Below are positions 39,809 through 58,720 of a DNA stretch of 64,000 nucleotides, in pieces. The stretch covers positions 124,001 through 188,000 of the forward strand of contig JASANG010001414.1 in NCBI GenBank assembly GCA_030248215.1, given 5' to 3'. A program made the position numbers and the translations under genes. Each line of letters begins with the position of its first letter. The first letter of the stretch is position 1. The notes under the pieces are model-generated. The model saw only the letters and a program-made list of their open reading frames with translations. It made no database searches and was not told where the DNA came from. This DNA comes from Enoplolaimus lenunculus. Taxonomy: Eukaryota.

Positions 39809-42525
39809 CTAACGGCATTGGAGAACGTATTCTACAAAGGCATCTAAAATATTTTTCTTCATAAAATTTATGGCCGGTATAAAACGGCCTGATCGTGTTT
39901 CAATTCGCGATTGCCAGATTGCATACTGCATATTTTGAACTATGAAATTGAACTGGGTTTGATCATTTTTACGCGGGAGACGCTTACCCAGAATTAAATC
40001 ACTTAAACTAATGTGATTGATTTTTGCAATTGTTTTCAGCAAAGGAGACATGTCGTGATATAAGTCTTAAGCTCGTGAGCAATATATAAACACGTGAATG
40101 TTATCTTCAAGTATCTCTATTCCTGCCTTTCGGCACTAGGCGCAACACTCTGGTTCCTCAGTGAAGCGGGCTAAACCTTGAGTCTTAATGTAAAATGACA
40201 GTTTCTAACAGAACCTTCTACAAAACTAGCTTTCGCAAAAATCCAAGACTTCGTAATTCTTCTGAAACCCCTAAACTCAGGAACCAACTGTTAGTTTTGG
40301 GTCGTAGTTCCTTTGAAAAGGTTTCTGTAACCCATAAAATATAAAATTCTTTTGGCATTATTTTTTCTAGATCAAACACTTTCCCAAAAATTAACGCAAC
40401 CGCGCCATGTCTTTGAAAACCTGATTTTATTACCGCAGTTCTAATTTCCTTATAAAATTGTGGAGTTTTGCAGCGTGCAAGCTGGCGAATGGTTAAGGAT
40501 TGAACATTTTTGTAATGATGGTCGAAACTTCTTCTCCAGCTTAGGGCCTTTTTATGCGTAATTACATGTATGTAAAAAATTAAACGATTAACAAGGCAAC
40601 GTATACTTACGTTTGGAAAACCAATCCCACCTCTCATTGGGGTAAAAATAATATTTCTCTTTTGATTTTGCGGGCCTGAGAAGGAAACCAAACAAGGGCC
40701 GTGACATTTCGATAAGCCTGTGCTATAAGGCTAGCAGGTGGAGTAATTAGCCTTTTAATATAATTGAGCACAAATAATACAAAGACAGAAAATGAATTCT
40801 ACCGAAAAACGAAATACCATAAGGGGGAAACATAATTTTTATATTTAATTGGCACATTTCGTTCTGTCGTACCCAACAATAAAATTTTTGTTTTTGCAGT
40901 ATTTAACCTACTACCTGAGGCGAGTTTATACTGATCAAACAACTCTATAATTGTATCCATTTCATTCCATGAAGTAACAAACAAACTTGTATCACCGGCG
41001 TACCTGGTTAGTTTTGTATTAGTACCATGTAATAGAAAACCTCTTAGGAGATCTGTATGTCTGATAAAATTAGCTATTACTTCAGCGGTTATGAAATAGA
41101 TGTACGGGAACAACGGACATCCTTGTCTAATCCTCCTGCTCAACATTATTGGTTGAGACAGAAAACCATTGACATTAACCACAGACCTTGCATAACCAAT
41201 TTTATAAATACAACTTAAAAACCCCAAAAAGTTGGGCCCAAAATTCATTTTTTCTAAAACTTTAAAAATAAAGGGCCACTCAACCATATCAAAGGCTGCT
41301 TGATGATCTAATGAAACAATCATTCCTTGTTCATTATACTCATTCGAACAATCAATAACACATTTAACATGCATTATACTGTCAAAAATAGTTCGGCCAG
41401 GTATCGCACAGGTCTGGTCTGGGTGAACTAACGCAGTCATGACTTTTTCAATTCTACGTGAAAGTATTTTTGCAGAAATTTTATAATCCAAATTTAGCAT
41501 AGTTAACGGTCTCCATTTTTTACTCAAGTCGCGTGCTCCAGATCCCTTATATAACAAAGAAATAACACCATCATAACAACTAACATTCATTGTATTATAT
41601 GTTAAGAAAAGATTATACATGTCGCATAAAAATGGACTAATAAGCGAACAATACTTCCAATAAAATTCAGTTGGAATTCCATCGCGACCAGGAGTTTTAT
41701 TTCCCTTGACCGAGCATATAGCTAACTCAACTTCTGACACCATTATGAAACTATCAAGAATTAACTTTTGTTCTCACACAACGTGGGCAAACCTGGTGCG
41801 CTTAAAAACGAGTCCAGCAATCGGTGGTCTATTCTTTCCGATTGAAATATCGATGCGTACTGTTCTCTGATTTCAAGAAGTATTTCATCTGGGTCCTCTG
41901 AAATGTAACCATTCGATTTGCGAATAGCGAAAATATGTTTTTGTTCCCAATTTTTTCGTTGTTGTGATTTGATCGTTGCTATAGAAGAACGGTCGTTAAC
42001 AAAATCATTATAATAAGTATTATGCTTATAGGAGGCTATATAGAAACTATCCATTAATTCTAATTCATACAACAGTTGTTTTACATATTTTTTAATAATA
42101 ATAATAATATCATGAGGGTTGCACATTGTACAATCCGGGCATTCCGTATCCGGAGTTCAAGAGATCTTTTTTGAAGACGTTTAGATGTAGATTCACTTTT
42201 GCCTAACTGGCAGAAATATAATGTAATCTGTTTTTTAAAAATTTCCCATACATTAAAAGGTTCGTCCTATTGCTTCAAGAAATTTTCAACAAGAGGTATT
42301 ACAAAATTGTTAACGCAATTTCGGCAAACGAGTGATAAATCAGAAAACGGGAATTACAGATTCTGTCAAACATTTCAGCTTCATTAGGACAACGAAAATG
42401 TGTTTCCTGAAGAGCAACAACATCTAGGTCCTTTATTTTTTCCAGAACGCAGGAAATTTTGCGAAAGTTTGTCAGTCCACTACAATTGAAAGTCCCGAAA
42501 GTTAGAAATTTACAACTTGCAGCCA
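39809..42525 (-). pseudogene. ORF2 remnants: APE endonuclease N-terminus, reverse transcriptase and C-terminal zinc finger
   Basis: TFNCSGL...DVVALQETH (42299-42525; rest of the endonuclease not recognisable). KTPGRDGIPTEFY, WRPLTMLNLDYKI, SLDHQAAFDMVEW, IRQGCPL and YAGD (normally YADD) in 40799-41743. GGIGFP in 40218-40691. C-C-A-stop-C...EDNIHVFIYC at ~40080-40150. Confidence 0.92.
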
Positions 42526-42588
42526 TCAGAAGGACACTGAAAGTGTAAAGTTCGAGCAGGAGATTCAATCGAAATTATGTATAGGTTA

Positions 42589-44225
42589 CTATTTTCTCTT
42601 CATAAGAATATTTGTTGGACTTAGGTCAACTGCAGATGCGGATCGTTTAACCGCACGAAAATCTTTAATACTGCTTTTAAAAATATCATCAAATTCTTTT
42701 TTGAACGTCGGATCACACGCCAGCAAATGTTTGACGTAAGATAGCATATCGCCGTTAAGGTTTAAGCAGTCTTCAGGCCATTGCGTTCGGGTTGAAGCTT
42801 TTGGGTCATCATAATTCAATCCACAACCCCATATAGATCTGCCTGTGTTCGATTCTACGAAAGCACCTGATAAAGAAAAAAGTTTTTTTCGTTGATCTTC
42901 ATGCTGCATGAATTTTTCATAATTTGCTACAATGATCAATTTCCCTATCACTTGTACATAAAAACTGGGGTTTCCATTCAACGTCACTTTTTGCGTAACC
43001 GTTTTATTTTGACCGGGTCTGTTGTTGCACGAATTTCATCCGCTACATCTGAACAATTAGCCAGTTTCGCCTTCCACACACCAATAAATTGTTCCACACA
43101 ACTATAATGTTCACCCCAAACTTTGAGGCTAGGAGTCACCTGGTAAAAATTCGACAAAAAATTATTGGTTGGGTGTTTAGAGAAAAACAAATTTAGCTTA
43201 ATATTATTGGAAGCCGTAAAGAGAAAAATTCCTTCTCGTTTCATCGCAAGAAACTTATTCCAATTCAAAAAAGAGACAAATTCATTCGCAACTCGCGGTA
43301 GAATGTTTTCCGCTACAGAACGTTCTGGTTCAAGTGATTTACTCACCACCTCATCAACCATTCCTTTTACATACTGCGATATCTGTAAATACTGCTTATC
43401 GTTTTCATAATTTTGGCGAGTTCCAGGCACTAGCTCTGATTTTTTTGCGATTAATGCAGGAAAATTGTCACAATTTTCTTTCGAATGACCATATTTAGCG
43501 CAAATGCGACAATGAACAGGAACAGACATTTCCGGAAACCACACGCGGATCCGCAGTGACCCATTTCTAAAATTACAATGTTGCCAAAACAAAATAGGAG
43601 GCGGAACAAATTCACGCAAGCATTGTATTACATAACTACGACCTGGAGTATCAATTGTTGTGCCTTTCCACTTTATAAACCGTCCCGGAAAAATGGGACT
43701 TAACCCCTGTGTTTTTAAAAATTCGCACACTTGAGCATCCGGTACCGCAAAAGGTATTCCGTACAGGTGTATCGTGATACGTTTATGCAAATCTGAGTAA
43801 TCCATAGTCCTTGGGTGGTGTAGCGTAACGTTTTTTCCGCATACCGTTATTACTTCATTTGAAGCAAGTTTAGCAATATCCGGTGAATGAAAAATTAGTT
43901 GAATAGAGCTGCGCAACCGAGATGCTTTATCAAGCACAAATATATCATTAATCTCATTTAAAATTTGCGACATGTTGAAATCTTTTAAACCTAACTGATC
44001 CAAATTGTTAAGATACAATGTTCTCTGACGATAATATTCTAAACCATCCTTAAGTATTTCATAATCATCGCGTGCTACAGCTGTTTCCGAGTCAAAATAA
44101 TCATCGTCGGGGGATGTCGGAGGGCCGTTGACGGTAGCGAGATGTTGCCGTGACGGGGTAGTTCGACCGCCACCACCTGTGTCATCGACCAAGTCGTGTG
44201 AAGTTGAAGAAGCCAATGCATACAT
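42589..44225 (-). pseudogene. ORF1: RRM-like region, CX2CX4HX4C knuckle and C-terminal NADAR (YbiA-like) domain; one frameshift at ~42985
   Basis: ITIHLYGIPFAVPDAQVCEFL; CRICAKYGHSKENC; FLSNFY...YSCVEQF...KAKL...DPVKIKRLRKK, then in the next frame EKFMQHEDQRKKL...FVESNTGRSIWGCG...W...NLNGDMLSYVK. Adding one A to the A-run at the junction fuses the two ORFs. Confidence 0.82.
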
Positions 44226-44246
44226 AATTAGATTCAGATTAAAAAC

Positions 44247-44384
44247 TTGACATTTATGGACTCTAATTAGGATTTAGGGACTGTGTCCGCTTACGGGCTC
44301 TTATTAGGGATACGGACTTCTATTGATTAAGACTCAAAATGGTGACCTCCTCTTATTACCCCCCTCTTATTCGGAACACTACAG
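44247..44384. mobile_element. Right half of the MITE C copy interrupted by the retrotransposon (left part at ~39040-39059 and 39500-39595)
   Basis: ttgacatttatggactctaattagg...cccctcttattcggaacactacag|TA continues close to where 39500-39595 stops (ctacaattagg), with about 5 bp missing. Confidence 0.85.
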
Positions 44385-45066
44385 TAAGTGATCTTTTAGA
44401 TTGCTAATAACAAAATATAATATGTCCTCAATCGTAGTTTGGTTTGCGTCGTTTAATCCGGCCGAAAAGAAAGTATCGTTTGAAGAGTCAGTATTAACGA
44501 CACCACCATGAGTATCTACAATACCTTGATGTTGTCACGCTGCATTTGCGTATTTATCGTAGGTTATAACCATAAAATTTAAATAATATGAATGAAATAA
44601 GCAGGATGGGGTAATCGTATCCAAACCCCACACTTTTGGACTGTTCTGGTGTATGAAAAGAAAGTCGCTTAGCGTGGTGGATTAGAATTCAAAAGTTACG
44701 AGCTTATGAGTTCTGTGGCATAAGAAACTCAAATGTGCATTTTACAGATTGCCATATTCGTAAGCTAGCCTTTTGCTTATTAGCATCCCAGTTAGGCTTG
44801 GCGTCTTATTAAATCAAGAGCGATCAAAATTTAATGACGCCCAATTTATAATCTCGCGACGCGATTTGGTATATGTACAAGTGGATTTTTCTTACAAAGG
44901 TAATAAATTTTAGTACCTGACGGTGTGTACCCTATGCACATTTTTCACTGAGCTAATTTTGATAATTTAAAAACATGAAATTATTCCGATAAATAATAAG
45001 CTAAAATGAAGTTTTTTAATTTGGCATGTTTTAAAAAATGAAAATTTTAATCATTATGGATTTATG

Positions 45067-45261
45067 GGCCAATGTAAAGAACAGGGGCGGAACAGTATTA
45101 TAAGCATATTCCTAAGCCTAAGCCTACGCCTAAGCTTAAGCCTAAGCGTAAGAAAGAGTTTATTCCTAAGCCTAAGCCAAGCAAAAAATTAGTCTAAAGC
45201 TTAAGGTTACTCTATTCTAGTTCCACAGAAAAACGTTCCGCCCTTGTTCTTTACATGTGCC
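45067..45261. mobile_element. MITE family A copy with GCCTAA array
   Basis: TIR ggccaatgtaaagaacaggggcggaac / gttccgccccttgttctttacatgtgcc. Further degenerate copies at ~24185-24379, ~34832-34974 and ~38070-38205. Confidence 0.85.
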
Positions 45262-46141
45262 GAATTAGTATGTAAGAACATGGTTCAATATTTTAACTCA
45301 GGTTTGAACATAGATTTTTTGTCAGCTCCAGCTACATTAATGATGAAACAAATTAGCCCTAATTCTTATACAACATAAAGCTACGAAAAACTAGTTTTGA
45401 AAACCGTTACGGGCAAAATTTCGAACTCAATCTTTTCAAGCTCAACTCGGAATCTCCAAATTTAATACATAGCATAGGGTAAAACATAATTGAACACAAT
45501 AGCATGATCGATCTTTTTACTTTTCCAAGAAATACTCCAACGACACTTATTTCACTACTACCACTTATCGCTTGCAGTAGTGGTGACATTTACTATCTTT
45601 TGCTCCGGGGCAGTAAATAATTAGACGCGCGTTTTTTCAATGGCTGTTTTCCCTTGAACTTACAGTATGTGCAGTGAGCATGTTTGTGTGAAAAGACTTA
45701 GCCGGTGATTCGCAAAACATGCTCTGTTTTACCAGAAAAACCGCGTTTTGCACGTCCCTTTCAACAAAAAATTTCGCTTTTGACCATTCCATAGATAATA
45801 ATCATGAAACGTTCACTAATTAGAAGTTTTTCCGATCAAAAGTAATTTTTTGGTTGCATGGATTGTATGAATTTTTCTTTCATCGATAATTTACACAACA
45901 TTGGCCCAAGTTTTCGAAGAATGGTAAATGAATATTATCTGGCCACTATTGTGGCTAACAATTTAGAATTAAAATAACCACTAAAACCACTCAAATGCGA
46001 TTTATTTATTCTAAGACTGTTACATATTTGTACTACAAACTGAATAAAGTGTTCTATAACAGTATGATGAACGTCACTGGATTCATTGAAAAGTGTTATC
46101 CCTTTTCGCTAAATCAAGGTTTCAAATTTTACTTCCAAGTA

Positions 46142-46428
46142 CTGTAGTGAAGCGAATGGGGGAACTCATATTTATTTTGCCTCTCCAGAAAATACCCCGC
46201 GGTTATTCTGTTACGCACTGTTATATATTTTTAATTCAACCCGTTTCCTGATTGAATAGTCGGTTACATATTTGAACAGCCTAGTCCATTCTTCTGCTCA
46301 GGGGTTTTTTTACACTCTAATCAGAACTTACGCTACGCACTAATTACGGATACAAATTTTTACTGATTGCGACTGAAAATGAACACCTTTCTTATATTAC
46401 CTCCCATCTCTTATTCGAATTACTATAG
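46142..46428. mobile_element. Diverged MITE family C copy
   Basis: TA|ctgtagtgaagcgaat...ctcttattcgaattactatag|TA. Confidence 0.65.
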
Positions 46429-46694
46429 TACATTCTACCCCAAAGACTACTTTTTGAAAACAATAATGACGTGCAAAGTAAATTGTCACTAAATGCAGAC
46501 TTAGGTACTATGATCTTCCTTTTGAAGCTTTAGCCAAATTATAAATATCCGCAATTTGAAGCGGAAAGCAAGAGCTGTACAACATACTACATCCAATACA
46601 TGTGGAAGAAGCACGCTATGATACTTCAGCTAGAGATCAAGCACAACAAAAATTATATTAGCGAATATTCTGCGAGTTTACCACTTCAATATAA

Positions 46695-55866
<9,172 letters not shown>

Positions 55867-56824
55867 TATGCACGTTACATCAACCTTGCACTAAAACAAT
55901 ACGTATTGGTGCTACTGCTGATCAATACATAGCTTGCGACTGAAATCAATCTTGTACATGTTTTGTCAGACATTGGTTAGCCAAAATTGTATTTAAACCG
56001 GCTAAAATATGTGATTTTAAATTTTTGAAGTGAGGCTTTTGAAATCCGAGTAATAGCTTTAAAAACATTTCATGATTTGTATTATCTAGCAGCTTAGATA
56101 GGAAGGAAGCCAATAGGAATGAAGCCACGGGCATAGTAAAAACGCAGCAAAAAGTCTCTTCCAAGCGATGTTGTAAACACCCCGTCATTTTTAATTCCAA
56201 CAAGTTTTTGGGTGAACATGATGGTGCTTTTAATGGTTTTTGAAAAAGTGGGCTGGCGGAAGCTCGCAGGGGCTTCAACGTGCCCATTAGATAAGCACTA
56301 CATACGTTTCGAAAAATCAATTGATACATTTATCACTGGAACAAAAGGCTTTTAACACTATCTATTTGGGCACAGCTGTCAGTCTAGGTAGGAACCCGTA
56401 CTTCAGATTTTTCACCTAAGCAACTGAAATAGCGGGCCTCCAGAGCGGGGATCGAACTCTCAGCCTACGGATCTTTAACCGAGCACTCTACCGCTCCGCC
56501 ACGCAGCCAGCCTATCCAAATACCTTTGTCGACTATATGTGTCGACAGCATGCTGACGGCAAGCATACTATACAATGCGCATTGCATAGGATTGCATAGG
56601 ACTGCATATGCACCTGGACAAGCATGTTTCACACATGCCTCAATTTTCAACAATTTCGTCCCTTAACCGTCCACCCTATTTTCGACTGAATGCCGTGTTC
56701 ATAGCGCGGTAGTCTACCATTGCACTCCCGGCGTAGCCCCAATGTCAGTCTAGGTAGGAACCGGGACATCAGACCTTTATACAAAGCAGCTAGAAAAGCA
56801 AGCCTCCAGAGTGGGGATCGAACT

Positions 56825-57499
56825 TGTGATAAGTTGGGCAGGCTAGGGTACGACGGTTTTCGTTCTGAGTGCTCAGCAGCTGAAATAAGTTACGTTCCCA
56901 GGATCTTTCGAACTTGGTCGACTGATTGTCAGTCCAGCGTGCTAGCCACTGAGCCATGTGACATGTGGATGTATGGAGGCAAATAATAACCTCATGCTGA
57001 TGCTGTACATCGGTAAAAACACTGCTGCATATGTAGTGCCTTCATATGCAGCAGCAGTAAAACATGGAAGAACAAAGATACATGTGTATAATGTTGAGGT
57101 TCTTACAAGATTGTGAGGCGGCGTGGCTCAGTGGATAGCGCGCTGGACTGAAAAATCTGTCGACCGAGTTCGAAACCTATTGGGAGCGTCCCTCATTTTC
57201 AGCTGCTGAGAACTAAAAACTGAAAAACTGTCGTACCCTAGCGTACCCAACTTATCACATGGCGACCACGATGGTACCACAATGGCAAACTGCCGCGGTA
57301 GAACCAAAAATATGTAAGTTGGCGGTCAAGGGTCGACCTTGTAGAAAAATCTGGGGATGTGACAACATATACATGTATCTTGGTTCTTCCATGTTTTTAC
57401 TCCTTTTGCATATGAAGGCACTACATATGCATCAACGTTTTACCGATGTGCAGCATTTGCATAAGGTTAAGTTTTGCCTCCATACATACGCATGTCACA
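56825..57499 (-). mobile_element. TRIM family 3 LTR inserted in the B-box of family 2, with 5-bp TSD gaact
   Basis: gaact|tgtgataag...catgtcaca|gaact. The two halves (56825-56956 and 57365-57499) are the reverse complement of LTR 56957-57259. Confidence 0.85.
56957..57364 (+). mobile_element. TRIM family 3 copy: LTR 56957-57259, Arg-like PBS, internal region and start of a second LTR
   Basis: tgtga...tcaca LTR with ggcggcgtggctcagtggatagcgcgctggactgaaaa...gagttcgaaacc. TGGCGACCACG at 57260 follows the CA directly. gggga|tgtgaca at 57353-57364. Confidence 0.82.
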
Positions 57500-58720
57500 G
57501 AACTCTCGGCCTACAGGTGCTTAAGCGAACACTGTACCACTGCAACACGCAGACCGCATGTCTAACTGCTTTTCTCGCTGCCGGCAAGCACACTATACAA
57601 TTACAATGTGCATTGCATATATTGCATATGCACCAAGACAAGCATGGCTCACATCTATGTTATATACATACTGAGTGAAAGACTAAACTCGGATTTGAAC
57701 TCACAAGTTGCTAACGATAATTATATATCTATGTTCAACAGTGTTTGCTGTCGAATATCTTTGTGCTCTTTTTTCGGCGTTTGTTTGTCTTTAAATTATT
57801 AGTAGCTAAATAATTACACTAATATCGTAGTCCAAAATGGTAAGTGTCAACCAGATGTTGACAGCTTAATTCCTTCGACTCCTTGTGTATGATACATTTA
57901 AGTGCTGTTTCTTATTTTTGTTATCGGTAAACGTTACAAGATTACTGCAGCATTTACTCTGTTTACAATTTGTGCAAAAATTTTAACAACATATTTTGAA
58001 AACAAAAACGTTGGATTGCAAATTAAGCTAAAACTAAATAATATGTTTATCGAAAATTGCCTGAAGCACAAGGTAATCTCTTATATCAGTTTGTGTATCA
58101 CAGTTTTAAAAGTAAATTTAAGCTATAGGTATTTACAATAACATTGATTACAGGCGATCACAGCAGATGCACCAAATTGCAATTGATCAGATCATCTCAC
58201 CGAAAAACTACTTCCATAAGGTTATTATTTTGCAACAACTATATGCCGATGAGAAATCCATAGTTGTCACAATTCTCAAATAATCCACATATCATTTTTT
58301 GAGAAACTTAACACTTCAATATTCTAATCAGATTTAGGATTATATAGCTAATTATATGCAAATGAGTAGGATTACTGTATGTATAGGTAAACATGTTTTA
58401 AGTAAGTTTGCCTGGTGTCGTAGAACATAATTTTGCACATGTTTTGTGGCAGCGCAGGCAGAACAGGTTCGAACAGTGCAAGTTCGACAATGGTATAAGG
58501 ACACTCATAAATTTGTTTATGGAATCAATACCTAACCTAAGGCTGTTTAACTCACCGTCACCAGATATATTTTATTATTTTGGGTTCTGGGAATAATGGC
58601 TCTAGCGGACGATGACAATTAAGTTAATTGTCCACACGTTTATTTTCTGTCGTGTTAAATTTGATAGATATCTTTGCCTTATTTGCATGCATTTAAATTA
58701 ACTCACAGAAGATTGGTAAA

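Larger units (their letters stand above)
39596..44246 (-). mobile_element. Decayed L1/Tx1-clade non-LTR retrotransposon (ORF1 with NADAR domain; ORF2 APE-RT-CCHC)
   Basis: ORF1 starts at 44225. ORF2 fragments show the APE N-terminus, RT motifs and a C-terminal zinc finger. Boundaries are set by the interrupted MITE C sequence on either side. Confidence 0.9.
56377..57653 (-). mobile_element. TRIM family 2: two ~257-bp LTRs (56377-56633 and 56743-57653, the latter interrupted) around a 109-bp internal region
   Basis: Direct repeats tgtcagtctaggtaggaacc...caagcatg..tcaca. On the minus strand, the PBS-like TGGGGCTACGCCGGGA (56726-56741) lies 1 nt after the LTR. The LTR has A-box TGGCGGAGCGG and B-box GAGTTCGATCC. 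Confidence 0.82.

Noticed and set aside
42975..42995. Programmed ribosomal frameshift in ORF1
   Set aside because: It falls mid-domain in an element with many other lesions. A homopolymer indel or sequencing error is simpler.
39018..44244. 12-bp repeat ttcagattaaaa (39018-39029 and 44233-44244) as the retrotransposon TSD
   Set aside because: The MITE-defined junction is at 39595, about 570 bp away. The match is AT-rich and may be chance.
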